Shown: positions 34,852 to 49,287 of the stretch, in pieces | Layout: the number at the start of each line of letters is the position of its first letter | How positions within the stretch are numbered: position 1 is the stretch's first letter | Source of the DNA: Podarcis tiliguerta | Taxonomy: Eukaryota | Reading direction: 5' to 3' (one strand) | NCBI GenBank assembly: GCA_965153285.1 | Contig: OZ229110.1 | Length of the DNA stretch: 64,000 nucleotides | Position numbers and translations under genes: made by a program | The notes under the pieces: model-generated | The model's database searches: none | What the model was told of the DNA's origin: nothing | What the model saw: only the letters and a program-made list of their open reading frames with translations

Positions 34852-37019
34852 ACCCTAAGCCCTATATTCCTGCCCTAATTGCACCACACAATTCAGAGAG
34901 CAAACCCATCTCTGCTTTTAGAAGCAGTAGCTGCATTTTATGGAAAGACTCTTACCGCAGTGAGGCTCTGCATCCTTGTGCATGGCAAAGGCAGTCTTTC
35001 CTCACAGTGCATCTCTCTTAGCTTGCAAAGCAACAAGCTTCCGTTAGGGTGATATATTATTAGTATCGTTTCATTTTCAGGGTCACAGGCACTTTGGCTG
35101 TTACGCAAATAAAGCAGGTCTGTTTTCTTTTGGTGATCATGTAACGGGGCCGATCCAATCACAGAGGTCTCTCTTCGGGTCTTTCCACCCACCACTTGCT
35201 TTCTTCCTTCTCTGGGAACAAAATTGAATCCGAAAACCACATTAATACACTCCTAGCTCATACAGTCCCTTTAGATTTCCTGCTACTGTAATGGAACACA
35301 TTGTCAGATTTTGTTTACATTCAGATATTTCTGGAGAGAGAAAAAACTCATTCCAACCTGATTGTTTCATGTATCATTCTTCCCCACCAAACTTAATTAG
35401 ATTTCATTTAAACAATTAAAGTAAATGAGAAAAGCATTCATTGTAAATAAGATTGCCCCATAAACAATTTATAGTCAAACAGCTTCATATCCCTAAGGCC
35501 AGTAAAAATAATACCTGCAGCAAGCACTGCACAAGCAGGCAGGGGGAAATAGCTTAGGAATCCAAGGATAGAAGAAAATTGCTCAACTGTATTTTTTAAA
35601 AGGGTTTCTACCCCTCATGCAAATTCATCAGAACTTGCTAAGGTGTCTGGTGACCAGGATATTGGACTTTTATCTCCTTGCATATCTTATGACCTCTCCA
35701 CAAACTCAAGCGCTTTCCCATTTGCCACCATATATGCCCATACCCACGCTACTCTCATATTATAATTTTTATGTAAGTTTTTGATTTATAAAATCACTCA
35801 TTCTCACATTTTTATTTTTCTTCTACAAAAAAGCAAACAAACTAAATGCACAACATCAAAGTATATACCGGTATATTAAAAATGTAGAATCAATATTCCA
35901 GATTCACCCTTGTGAAAAACAGTAAGGTAAAAAGATAAGTTCTTCCATGAATTTAGTGTTGGATGAGTCAAGCTAAAACTGCATTGCCCAAGCATTCTAA
36001 TAGGTGCATTTTGCAATTTTAGCTGTTTACTGATATCTTTACCCTTTTCTTCTGTATAGCAGATAACTAGTCTGAAGCCTGTGCTGTTTCTGAAAGAAAA
36101 GGGGAAAAAGTCTGAGTTGGTGGGTGATGGCTTGTCTTCTAAAGGCTGCATATAATTAATAATTCAGAAATATAATTCATATTTATTTATTTTTCCATCA
36201 GAAAGAGGCAAGCAAATTAAACAAACCTAGGAGAAAAATGAAAACTGAGTAGACGTACACAGACACTTTGCTATAAGGGTCCTTGACCAGCTTTAACTCT
36301 GCCAACAAAGCGGAATTCAAGGTTTTGTGCAAACAGTGTATCCTGCTTATCTTGCACACCCCGTCATAAAAAGGCACATGCAAGCGGCTCCGTTTGAGAT
36401 AAAATAATGTTTTGCAGACCCTTGCCCTTTTTGTGTTCTCCCCCTTTTTACAGTTGTTCAGCTGTGCTCCTCTCTGCTTTACTTTTACCAAGCTTGCCTC
36501 CAAAATAAAAGTTTCCCCAAATAAAAGTTGGCATCTTCCAAGAATGTCTGCAATTGCCATGTCACCACCCTCTTGATCAACGCCCTGCAAAATGGGGTAT
36601 TTGTAAGTGGTAGGTAGCTGTCACAGACTAGCACTATGCCAGTGGCTCTTTAAAAGACGAGGGGAAACTACATCACTGGCACAAAGATGCATTAACCACC
36701 CACTACACCAAAGCATCCAGGCTCTGCTAGCTAGATTTGATAAGTCACAATGGGCAAGGATTGAGAGGGCATATAGTCAGTCATAGGTATGCTTGCAGCA
36801 ATGGGGTTATCACATGTGGACTGGAAAACAGAGGACGAAGGTGCCCCTTATTGGCAGGAAATCTTCCAAAGCCCTTGGCTGCTACTATATGGTGTTTCAG
36901 CCAATCAAGTGTGACTCTATGAACTGGGCAAAGGCAGAATAAATTTATTTCTAATAAGGCACAGGAGTTGCAGCTACAAGCCATTTCCTGGTGTGAAATT
37001 TCTACCTACAGCCCAGCAT

Positions 37020-37128
37020 GGTTATTATTTATATAACATTTATATAACAATATCAGAGTGCGCAGTACTGTACACAGTACTGGTGCTAGCGAAAGGTCCC
37101 TGCTCACAAGGAGCTTACAATCCAGGCA
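37020..37128 (-). mobile_element. Old amniote L2 3'-terminal remnant
   Basis: GTCCCTGCTCACAAGGAGCTTACAATC matches the L2 terminal motif GTCCCTGCCCTCAAGGAGCTTACA.TCTA. Confidence 0.6.
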
Positions 37129-40100
37129 GTGAGAAAAATGTAGAAGCAGGGGGAATAAAAGGTGAGTGAGTTGTGTTACACATATTTAAAGTGTGCTGAA
37201 GTGGGTTTTGAGGAGGGATTTGATGGATGAGAGACAGCGAAGTAGAAATATGTTCTTGAGTTCCATTATGAGTGTGCACATAAAGAGAAGAAGCAGAGAG
37301 GGCACACAGAAAATTGTGAGGTATATCCAATACATATGACATTGAACTAGAATTGTGTGGATAAATTGAGCTTTACTGTAATAGGCATTCGAGTGAGAGC
37401 CCCAACTTCATTAACATGTGCAATTCTGCATGATGATCTGATTAGCTATTACAGATCATTTAGCAGCAAATGTATAAAGGCACCACATCCCACATACCAA
37501 ATATGTACACAGTTAAATTGAAGAAAAGCAAGAGAAAGTGTAACGATAGTCTGGTTTATTTGCAAACAGAGGTCTATAATCCCAAGCAACAGAGGGTAAT
37601 TTATTTCCATCTGTGACATCTCTGAACAGTTTCTGATAGACAGGCTGAATCCCTCTAATGATAGAGCTGATCTGTAGGTTCTAGTATTTTGGGCTTCTTA
37701 GTGCATCACAAAATTAGAACACCCAAAATTTCAATATTCACTGACGGAGGTAGAATTTTCAAGAGAAACATGAAGTTAGTTCCCTGCCCTATGTTTTGCT
37801 CATAACACAAATGCAGAGAACACTTGTAGAGGAGAAACACATAGTCCGTCTCCTGTCTACCAATTCTCCCATGCAAATACTTTTCCACAGTTGTTTTTAA
37901 AGCTTTCCCCTCCACACCCTAGCTCTGAATTAGTAATTCAAATTGTGAATTTACCTTGTTTGTGGAGCAAATGTTTTCAGTGGAGAATAAGTGGGCATGG
38001 AGAAGGGTTTCCCTTCCAACTTCCAAATTACCTCAGCAGACACAGATCTCAAAACACACCCTTGGCGTGGTACCATGTAGCTCAGCCCTTTAGAGTGGGC
38101 AGTCCTGAATGAGCAGCAACTGCCATTGAGAAATCTTTTATATGTGATTAAATTATTCCAGCTCAAATGATCAGGGATAATTTTATCCCATGTAAATTCA
38201 GTAAGCACATTATGGAACGTTGTTTATTTAGTGGTTTACCCTCATGAACCAATGTGATCTAGTGGCCAGAGTGCTGGACCTTGACCCCAGAGACCCCATT
38301 AAAATATTTGTCCAGGCAAGAAGCTTGCCATATGATGCTGGATCAATCCATCTTCATCAGTCTAATCTACCTGATATGGTTCTTGGTAGTCTATGTTGAA
38401 AGAAGCAAAATATGGATACATGGGTTATGTAACTCTACCCCTTGTGAAATAATGCCTATGTATGCCACTACCTGGTGGAAGAAGAGCCAGCATTATACTG
38501 TACCAGCCAATTTTCTCATAGCTTGGATATTATTTATCCCAGAACAAATCTTTGAACATTTCATGTTCACCCATGTTTGTGTTGTGGGGAAATACAGTTG
38601 TGTAAGGTGGCAGCAAAACCCACAAGTGCCTCCCCCTTCTGGGTAGTAAAATAATAATAATAAAGTAAATAACAATTGGCTGTCTTTTTATGACACCTAA
38701 AATCAGCTGCTGCACCCTCCTGATTGTAGGGCTTGTTGTGGCCTATATAGCAGAAACAAACTTTTTTGGTATGAGCTAATCTATTGGGATGTTTGATTAC
38801 AGAAAACCTGCCCCAAGGTAGGTTGTCCTGGGCATCTACAAAATCCCTGCGCTTTTAAAACCCAACTTCTAAGAGAGAGTTAAAAGGCTTGCATTCTGAA
38901 AAATATTTCAGAAACATTTACATAATGCCTCGGAGGTTGGTATAGATATTTTCTAGTTCCTTACAGGTATCTGTCCCTTGCGTTATTAAAAGGCGACACA
39001 CAATTATTACTCTATGTGCTACTGAAATGTAAAAACTCATATTGGCAAGTTTCTTATGTTATTTTAATAAATATGTGCACACATTCTCTTCCATTGATCT
39101 GGTTCTAAGGAATATTAAGATGAATGCCAGTAACCTACATATAGATAATGAAATATATATTTCATGGAGAACCAAGTCACAAGATGAAAAATTTTATTTG
39201 GAAATGCTACTAAGGTCCAAACTTGTAAAATCAGCCATGGTTTGGCAGACTACTTTGCATATCGTACTGAGAAGAGAAAGCTATGCTGTCTTTACAGTTG
39301 TGCAAAACCATTAAGATGTCATCTATATAAATTCATGCATGGATGTACATGTGCATACCTCTATGTATACCATATACTAGCTAAGGGTCCATCAATCATG
39401 AAGTGGTGGGTAAGGCCGGTCCTTTTCCTATGCTTATGCACCACTTCTAACTAAATCCTTTACTACTCCATTCCCACTCACTACTACCCCCTATTTTCTG
39501 AGGAGAGAAGCAGGTAAGGGGTTGTTGGTTGTGGGAATGAGTTTAAGAAAGCCAGCCTGCTTTTCTAGATCAGATTCTATTCTGACAAGTTCACCAGATG
39601 CTTAGGGGTGCCTTGTGGGGGAAATCATATGCAGAGCAGACACTCTGCCTCAAATTGAGGCAGGCCATCACGAAAAGAACAAGGATTTTTACACTACCTC
39701 AAAAGACTAAGACATTTGTTACAGCAGAAACTTTCCTATATTGAAGTACCCATCATCAGTTGCATGGAGCGTTTTTCTCAGTTGGCAGGCATATAGGTGC
39801 AAAGAAAGAAAGGTCAGAGGGAAATTAAATGGGGGGAAGAAATCAAAGTGTGACAATTATGTCAAAGCTTAGATGTATGTACAGTGAACTCGATGTCCTT
39901 TCAAAATGCACATTTTATTCTCTTGAACAAACACAGCCCCGGTATCCAGGCCAGGTTTTTTGTTTTAAACTAGCCTTTGAAATATAATAGTTGCCCTGAT
40001 CTCTGCTTTTAAGAAATCAGCTCACCAACAGTGTTTACATTTGAAATAGGAAGGACTTTGGCTTTGATCAGCACAGGAAGAACAAAAGTACAATTAGTCC

Positions 40101-40824
40101 TAAACTGAAGCGTCGATTGTAGCTTTTTCCCACCTCCACCAACCCCTCTTTTCGTCTACAATAAACAGACACATCGTCTGTGGATTCCAGTGCCATTGGC
40201 TGTGTCTATATTTGTATTAATTGCTGAGAACTGCAGACATTTATTAAAAAAAAATAAAATTGGAACTTGCCAATGGTGACTTCATCTCTTGGGATTGCTC
40301 CGAATCACAGGCTTTAGTGCATGTCTAGGACAATTGCTCACTGTGCTTTAGATAAGTAATTCTTTTCAACTGGTTACTCCACAATGACATGAAAATTGTG
40401 GAATCCAATTTTCCCATTGGGATGTTGTAATGGAGTCTATTGGCCTTGGAAGATCTCCCTTCCTTCCCCCGTTTCAGTTAACGTGCAAATATAATTTACC
40501 TCCTATTTATAGTTTCATGACCCATTTCATTCTCAGCCAAGATGTCTTTTGAGTTGAGATGATTTTAAACGAGATGAACAATTAAACTCTAATGGCCTGC
40601 AAAAGCTTTAGGCACTACAAACCACTGTGCATCAACTTGAACTCCTTAGCTGTTTAATTAGGAAAGGCTAGGCCAAAATCCGATGTGAAATCCACCAAGT
40701 TTGGGGTGGTGGAGGGGGAGGGAAACCTAAGTGAAGAGAGTTTGGCTTACAAAGTTTAATCTGCTCTACTCTTTATTAAAAACTTGGGAAGTAACTTTAA
40801 AAAGAAATTAAATACAAATTAGTA

Positions 40825-41066
40825 CAGTGGTACCTCGGGTTACATACGCTTCAGGTTACAGATGCTTCAGGTTACAGACTCCGCTAACCCAGAAATAGTA
40901 CCTCAGGTTAAGAACTTTGCTTCAGGATGAGAACAGAAATTGTGCTCTGGCGGCACGGCAGCAGCGGGAGGCCCCATTAGCTAAAGTGGTGCTTCAGGTT
41001 AAGAACAGTTTCAGGTTAAGAACGGACCTCCGGAACGAATTAAGTACTTAACCTGAGGTACCACTG
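40825..41066. mobile_element. Tc1/mariner (Tigger-like) MITE
   Basis: TIRs CAGTGGTACCTC(G/A)GGTTA, TA on both sides, internal TTCAGGTTA repeats. Confidence 0.92.
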
Positions 41067-41113
41067 TATTTGTATCCTTTCATATAAAACAATTTCCAGT
41101 GCTTGCTCCTTAA

Positions 41114-41170
41114 ATACATACATACAGAACTACCTACCTACCTACCTACCTACCTATAATCTATCTATCT
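41114..41170. repeat. Compound tetranucleotide microsatellite (TACA/CTAC/ATCT)
   Basis: Read directly. Confidence 0.9.
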
Positions 41171-42899
41171 CCTGGTACTTCCATCTGACTGCCTCTCAAC
41201 ACATGCACAAGTTTTTCCTAAAGGGAACTTTTTTTTCTTTAAAGGACTATGTGCCTTTTGTCTTCTGTCAGATTTGTAGGAAGCTTCCCCCACACCCTGC
41301 CCAAAGAAATTCATTTTAAGGAGTATGTCTTCATGTATATGCAGAATATTTCCTACAAGAGTGTCATATTTGTTTCAAGGAAGGGAAGAAAGGAGGAAGG
41401 AAGGGACTACAATGAAACCACTGGGCTTATTCAGTTTAATCCAGACTAACCATGAACAGAGTTGTGCTCATGGGATGCTCCCCACATGCTGAAGGGGAGG
41501 AAGGTGAATTGTGCAGATTCCTCCTGTTTGTAAACCCCCAGAAAAGCTGCTGTGGGTGACTGGGGGACCCTCCATGTGGGAGGTGACATGGGGACTCTTT
41601 TGGGAGGAAGTGCAGAATAGAAATTTAATAAAGAAACCAACAAATAAAAAAACCCCAGATAATCCTGGGGCAAATTACCTCCATCCCTCTTGTGGTAGGG
41701 CCTTCACTGTATCTCAGTCATTTGTGCAAATGGAAGGAACCAGTCCATTTGTAGGTGAACACACCTCGATTCAACCATAGTTATTTTCTGCCTTCCATTC
41801 TGGCAAGGAGGATTAAATGCTCACTCAGCCAGTGAAATGTTGGCCAGCTGTCAGTCCTACTTTATGGCTCCTAAGTGCCAATATCATCAAGCCACAAAGA
41901 GAAGGATTTGTTGCTGCTATACCACAGAAGTGGAACTCCCTTGAAACTTAAATATCACAAGTAGGGATCATTGTGCATTTTGTTCTGTCCCCATTTTAAA
42001 TCAAACAATCCTAACAGCACTTCCCAAACTAATATATGGATCAGAACAGCTTTCTCTGATTTTTGTGTTGCAGTTCTCACTTGGGAAAAGTACCAAAATA
42101 CATTTTAAAATGTGCGTTTTAGGTTAAAGGAGTTATTTTTGGATACATACTTTACATAAAATGCAGATTTTTCATGTGGTTTAAAAATGGAAATATAGTG
42201 TGGAAACATGTCTGAATGGACTTACGGACATAGGAATGAACACGTGTGAAACTGTCCCAGACTGGAAATAGTGATCTGTCCATCTCTACTCACAACTACA
42301 TCAGCCTAAGAACAACAGAAAGGAAAAATGAAGATAGTACTAAGTGGTAAGGACTGGTTCTATAGAGAAAAGAAGGGTGGGGGGGGAGAAACACCATTCA
42401 TTTTCCAGACAGCTAATTGTCTGGCTAATAGGAAAGTTCATGCGGAGTCTAATAAAAGAACCTGTTTGGCATGGAACCATTGCTTAGATTTATGTTATGG
42501 TTAACAAGCTTACTACCACCAAGGCAAATCACCCTATCATCATTCACTGATTACATAGCAGGGGCTCCAGCAGATTAATGAGTGCCAAATACACAGAAGC
42601 AATAATTGGGCCAGAGAAAAAGCAGGAAGTGCATTGAGAATGAAAAGCGGAGTGGGAACTCCTGTGAGGTCTCCTCCCACAGTCTCCCTCGGCAGCACAA
42701 AAGCACACTGTTTTGAGAGTTAGTGTTTCACTAACAGAGCGAAGGCCAGGAGAAAATCACATATGATTTAATAAGTCTGGCAAAGCACCACACACACACA
42801 CACAGAAAGAGAGAGAGAGAGAACAATCAAACTAAAATTAAGCATTATTCCCATTGAGTTTAATTGAATATATTCAAGGAACCATGATGGGAATGTTGC

Positions 42900-43082
42900 A
42901 GCGCCACTGTTGGGCGGTAGGATGCTTCCAAATCTATTTGCTGGGAATCACACATGGGGATGATGCTGTTGTCCTCAGGTCCTGCTTGCAGGCTTACTGT
43001 AGGCATCTGGCTGGCTACTGTAAGAACAGGACTCTGGGCTCATGGGCTTGAGCCCTGATCCAGCAGGGCTCTGATGTTCTTG
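42900..43082 (+). mobile_element. CR1-type LINE 3' end fragment
   Basis: GGCATCTGG.TGGC.ACTGT.AGAACAGGA...CCTGATCCAGCAGG..TCT.ATGTTCTT terminal motif. Confidence 0.7.
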
Positions 43083-43836
43083 ATGTCAGCGGCACTTAAA
43101 CACATAACTTTGCTAAATGTCCAGGTGGGAAGGATGACCCCCCCACACACTTCCACTTTCAGCTGTAGATCACCTGAACAATAACTGTGCTTTACAGCAG
43201 GTCATCAATGCAGACCTCCCTGCTCGCTAGCATTCAAAGGAATACATAAGAGGAAAACCAGGCCACTTGTAGCTTGTTAAAAAGTGAGAATCCACAGCAG
43301 AGAAAACGTGGAGCCCGAACAAGAGTGAAAAGAAGCAAGATCAAGCAGACAGTGAGTAGAGATTGTTTCTTCACTGAGAATACTCCAGTGACACTCTCAG
43401 CTTCATACATGTCGTTTTACGCACACTATATTCAAAAGTGACAGTGTATGTGGGTCATATCTGTACCACTACTGCCCCTTTTCTATGCATGAATCCTATA
43501 AGTATTCCAGCAAGTTTGTTAGAGTTGCTAGATCCAACTTTCATTGCTAATGGACACCCCAGATTGATGGGAGTGAAGTAAGGGAAATTTTATCTCCTTT
43601 GATGGAGCTGATACTATTATGAAGGAAGGAACATTCCTTTAAAACCCTGATCTTTCTATAGGTGATCCTCAAGCAGAACCCATCTCACAGAACCTCTTCA
43701 GGTGGCCTACAGTGCCTCTGCTTGCACTTGAGAAGTTTCTACAAGGTTGTAAGGAAGAACACCACATTTCAGTTAACCAATGGGCTATAATCACTTCCCA
43801 TGCACCTATGTACTCTTCTACAGCTTGTTATTTCCT

Positions 43837-43977
43837 GCAGGATAGCTTGGTTGCTAGAGCATGAGACTCTTAATCTCATGGTTGTGGGGCTCAGCCCCAC
43901 GTTGGGCAAAAATATTCCTGCATAGCAGCGGGTTGGACTAGATGACCCTTGTGTTCCCTTCCAACTTTAGAATTCTG
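43837..43977 (+). mobile_element. tRNA-Lys(CTT)-derived SINE with CR1-type 3' tail
   Basis: 43837-43908 aligns to tRNA-Lys(CTT) (AGAGCATGAGACTCTTAATCTCA...AGCCCCACGTTGGGC), followed by GGTTGGACTAGATGACC...CCCTTCCAAC..ATTCT, the CR1 terminus. Confidence 0.85.
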
Positions 43978-45681
43978 CAGATCTATGTACTGGCAAGAAG
44001 TAGCCCAGGTAGAGAGGCTGTGGGTTTTATTTCATTACAGATTTCCCGAATTTATCTGCATCTTCCACCAGATGGAGCAGAGGAGTCAAGAGAAACAGCT
44101 TTACAAAGACTCTTTTGTTACTTGTAACTTGCCTTAACAATTAGGCAAGACAGTGGCAAGGAGACTTTTGTTCTTTCCTCACAGGGACTTTGAAAACATG
44201 GAAGCGGAGACTGGAGATGCTTGACCTTTCCGGTGTGGCTAGCGAGAACGGCTAGAAGAAATAGTTTTTAGTCACCAGCACAGCAGCTTCTGGCAATCTG
44301 GCCTACAAAATGTTGAATAAAGGCAGCAATTAGAGCATATTTTCAATCTTTTATTCTTTTTGATCAAATTGGAAATCACAAAAAAATATAATAAATCCCA
44401 TGGAGACACAATGTCCAGATCACCCTCACCTCACAGAATCTGCACATAATTACGGACTTTTAAAAGCTAGTTCTAGTAATGCTGTTATTTTCTTACATCA
44501 CTGACAGGGGCTAAACAATTTTTATTTTTTTTAAAGCACAACTTGCTTCTATAGAATTCTAAAAAAATTATACTTTCCTTTTGTAGTTAACTCACATAGA
44601 CAAGCCTTTGGAACGTAAACAAGTACTGTTGCATGATGTTTCTTCATATCAAAAATATCAGTGCCTCTGTCAACAGTCAAATGGAATGCTTAGCAAATAC
44701 GCAGTTCCTATGGTCAGATCATAAATTAAGTAGAACCTTATTTATACCTGCACTACACCACTCCTATGCTTACAGGAGCATTGGACAACGTGAGAGCAAA
44801 CACATACACTGAGAGACATTCGGTGCTTGATATGTGCCGAATGCAGAGACATTTGTTTGAAATAACCCACACATTCTATAAAGATATGTAAACAGTACGG
44901 CAGATTAAAAAAACAAAAACAAAACAAAAACCACCACTACAGTCAATTAAGATCTGAAATGGCCAATCAATGCTTCTTCATTATTTACCTATTATCCCTG
45001 AGCACCTTAAAAATTGCCCCCCCCATCTCTCTAAGAAGGAAGTGTAACCTAGCAAGACCGCAAGAGCATGCCCCAGTCACAACTAGTCGTCCTACCAGTT
45101 TGGCACTGCTGAGCACAACTAGAAATGCACACACACTGTTCCTGGAAAAGGCCCCACTTACAAAAGATGCTTGTGTGATAATTGTGGCAGATCTGTCATT
45201 CAGACTCCACACACTACCCTGTTCTGGCAGATGTCCGATTAGCCATGCAGAGCAGGAGTGAGCAGTGCAGGCTGATGTCTGCTTAGTACATGGACTATAA
45301 GGACTGAAAGTGCACTTAATCTCACCTGGTTCCTGAATTAAGTGCTGTGCACACAAGTGCTATAACTGCACCTGAAGAGGCTTGGGGCAGAGTCCACTGG
45401 GACCACAAAGCTCTGTCTGTTTCCATGGAACTTGCTCCTGATGGATCCATTGCACCTTCCTTTCATCCTCACCCTCCAATTTTTAAAAGCCATTTCACAT
45501 ATAATATTCTTCAAAAATTAAAAAAAATGCAGAAATCACCTTGTCAGGGGGAAATCACTATCAAACCTACAGATTACAAAAAAGATTGCATAGGAGTATC
45601 AAATGGGCATAGGTGCATCAAATGGAGAGAAAACGCTCTTCTTTTCGTTTTCCATAACAGAATATGGCAACAATGATGTCA

Positions 45682-45723
45682 TTTATTTTTTTCCTTTTAA
45701 AAATCAAATGATCTCACTTTATT
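45682..45723 (-). terminator. PDIA5 polyadenylation signals (AATAAA at 45718-45723 and 45682-45687)
   Basis: Two AATAAA hexamers about 145 and 180 nt after the stop; the first is preceded by a TGTA motif within a T-rich stretch. Confidence 0.65.
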
Positions 45724-45865
45724 TCAAAATTGTACAAAATGGCAAATGGCTGTTTGTAAAAAAAACCAAAGTCTCTCTTTTTAAAAAGATGTGGAATCCC
45801 AGGCATTGTACCAGTGGCCCTGAGACCATTCACAGTGCAGTGGAAATCATCGTGTGAGGCAGAAA

Positions 45866-45946
45866 TTACAACTCATCTTTCCTCTTCCCTATCTTTTCAT
45901 GGTCCCGTTCTCTGAGCGTCCGCATGAAAGTCGAGAATCCAGACTC
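45866..45946 (-). CDS. PDIA5: PDIA5 last coding exon (81 nt including TAA), ends in KDEL
   Basis: ESGFSTFMRTLRERDHEKIGKRKDEL*. ctctcacattctag acceptor, in phase with the previous exon. PDIA5 lies upstream of SEC22A in the same orientation in amniotes. Confidence 0.95.
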   Translation of the reverse strand, partial: ESGFSTFMRTLRERDHEKIGKRKDEL

Positions 45947-48900
45947 CTAGAATGTGAGAGGCAAAGAAAGGCATTGGTTGCACAGTGAAACTGGAACACA
46001 GGACTCCAACGCATCTTCTACAGGCAAATGGGCATGCAGTAGTGCAGGCAGAGGTAAAAGGAGCAGGTAAGGCAGGCCCTTGTATTTATATGACAAGTGA
46101 CCATTTGGTCACAAACTGAACACTTCCCTTAAGTAAAAGAAACACTCTACAGCATCATGGTTGCTCTGAATGGATGGATGGGGTCAGAGTGGGAGTTAAG
46201 TGCTTCATCACTCTTCCAGAATCCTAAGTGGACACAGCTATGTGAAGGATGCATGGTGCACACTGCTGCTGCTACTGCCTTCCTTTCCCCTGGCTCACTC
46301 TTGCCACACAACGTCCCCCAATTCCAGTCTGCTAACACCCGTTCCTGGTCTTGGCTCACTATTTGCAAAAGCCTCCTGCCTCCACCACTAGCAACTGTAT
46401 AATCTTCCTTCCTCAGAGTGGCAATCTCACAGTTCAGTCCCCACACTGCCCACACCTGGTCATATGTCCTTCATTATCTCAGTCCCCTCTTAAAAGCTTC
46501 CTCTGCTGCCGAGCCATTTTTGAGATGGAATAATCACTACAAGGAAAAGCTTCCAGCTAAACTCATCAGATGATTAAACCGCCTTGTGAAGGCTCCCCAA
46601 TGTGAAAATACTTGAAAGGTGTAACCACATTCTGAAACAAGTCATTACTAAAAATGAACATGAAATTTGCAGGGCAGGGGAGTTCTGCTGTTATTCTGCC
46701 ATGTCTGTGAGAATTCTGCAGCAAAGAACTGTGCCTTTAATCTGCAGCATATTGTCTCTTTGTAAGTGATCAAAATAATGAGGTCATGCTCCCAAAAAAG
46801 TGAGAGTTTGAGCCAAACTACCACAGAAGTCTGTAAGCTTTTCCATTAATTTCCAAGGGCTTTAGATTAGACCTGACAACTCATCTGATCTATTTGGGCA
46901 CATGATGCAGAGGGAATGGAACCACTGCTATTCTGTCGGCTGCATCTGTCAATTTTAATTCAGAATGTTCCGCACCACTAGTTGCGAAATTTGAGATCCT
47001 AGTAAACACCCCAAAGAACTAGCTTTTGATTAGCAATGTACCTGCTATTACAAGTGTTATCCGAAACACATTATCCAGCCCAGTGAAGCTGTGTGTGATG
47101 TTTCTTTCTCCATTTCTAACAAAATGTCCAATACCCAAGTAACTGTTGAAAAGGATATATAACCACAATTAAAATAAGCTCCCCCACTCTTTTTTAGTGC
47201 TCCACTTCAAGATGTGTTTAGCAGGTCCTGTTTTCAACACAGTAACATTGCATTGGTCTGTTATCTGCCTTTCTCCAGGCTCACTGCAGTGTAGAAGCAG
47301 TCTGGGATCCAAAGAAGTTTAGGTGCATGGATTTATTGAACAGCAGCCACCATCACATGGTCAATTATTACTTTTAAACCTGAAGGGACCATTAATACTG
47401 CTGTACGATATGGGGCCTGTGGCTCAAAGACTGGGGGTGGTATCTAGTGGTGACTGAGAGAAGGAATTCATCAGCAAAACAACCAGGAATGTAATTTTCA
47501 GCGATTTCCCCTTCCTCCTACACCTATCTTAAATCTATTCTGAATGGTTGAAAGACCTCAGATAAATATTCTACTGGGCCTGCCCTGTGCCTAAAGCAAG
47601 ATACCTCTTTGGAGCCCTGTAAGACAGATGAGCCAAAGTGAGTGCCATGAGTTCCACTGACTTCACAGGGAACGTTCTCTTTCACTGCATATGAGAAGCC
47701 CAGACTACTTTTTTAAAATGAGAGCTAGTAAGAGATTGTATCCTTATTTGCAATGTAATAAATACAGCCTAGCAACATATGAGTACAATGACAGTATATT
47801 AGCAGTTTGCTGCTGTACCAAAGATGCACTGTTAGACTCTCAACAGGGATAACACTACCTAACATAAGCTGAAATGTTGGCCTAGGAGGAAAGAGATTGC
47901 GGGGAGGGCAAGTTGCTCATCGCCACAAATGGAAATATTTTTAAACTAACGAAAGGATTTAACAAAATCTCCAATTTCCCAGTAAGCACTTGGCAGTAAC
48001 AGTCTCCTCTGAGCACATAGGTTCCAGCTGGGTAGAGGGAGGCAGCCCTCTGCTAGTAATTGAGAGAATGAAGATGCAGAGGCACTCTGTGCTAACTCAG
48101 ATGTTAAGAAACGAAAAGGACAATTGAACACTAGGACAACTAGCCAGATTCCCCACCCCCAAAGTGTGATTTTGAAAGAGCAAGTGTACACTTGTTTTTT
48201 TCTTCCTTAGCCAAACAAACAAGATCTGTTGGTTTTCATAAATCCCTTTACTTTTGTAAGCGCATTTATAAAGCCAAAGAGATGGCTTAAACTCAATTCC
48301 CTCTTATTTATATTTAGGCAGATAAAGCTTCATTCTAAAAGCAAAGCACAACACTTGATCCATAACAAAGTTTACAGAATGGCTTAGTTCATTAAGGATC
48401 AAATTGTGGAGGTGTCATCCTGACAGAATTCCCACATGAACAACCTGTAAAAAGGCTCAACGAAGACCCACAGGATCGTACCACAAATCCTCTCTTTCTA
48501 TATATCTACAGATTTTTTGTACCAGCAGCAATAATATTGCAGCCAAATGTTTCTCAACAACGTTTACCGGCCATATTAATATACAAAACAATCTTTCACA
48601 TTAGGTCCCCATCTTCTCCAGGAAATTGTTAATAACCTAGCTATGGACCTTTAAACTGAGCATTCTTGAGTAGCTGGTAAACTTTTGTCTCCTCCATTTC
48701 AAGATACAAGTGAACTGCTAATAATCTATCTCTGCAAAACCTGAAATGTAAGGAGACATCAAGGTCACAAGCTAAAGGTGACCAGTGCAAACTGCCCAGA
48801 AAATGTGGGTTTTGGTCACAAAACAAAACCAACAAACAATCTATTATCATTTGGCTGTGTGTAGTGAATTTCCAAATGTGTACAGGGCAACCAAAGGCTT

Positions 48901-49287
48901 AGATTCCTAATGAATATGGAGAGCCCATTGGAACAGCTTCTGTACTACATTGGCTAGGAGTTGATGTGGAATTGGCAGACATTCAATTTTTGCATTTTCA
49001 TTAGTGCTAAATTTTTAATAAATTATAAGACTCAAAATAAAAGCCTTCAAAATTTTCTACTGAGTTAATTCCAGATGCTAAATGCATGCATTATGTGTGG
49101 AATAAGGTGACACAGTCATGAGGAATTTATAATGGAAGCATTAAACTCATTGGCAAAATAACTGGCTCTGTATTATGTCCCTGTTGTTGTTGCTGGTGGT
49201 GATTTTACTGTTTGCTGATGAAACCACTTACAAAAGATACTCCCTCCCCACACCAGTACATCTTTTGGAACAGCATCATGTACTTAC

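Noticed and set aside
43837-43908. Functional tRNA-Lys gene
   Set aside because: A and B boxes and the acceptor stem are mutated, there is no poly-T terminator, and it is fused to a CR1 tail, so it is a SINE.
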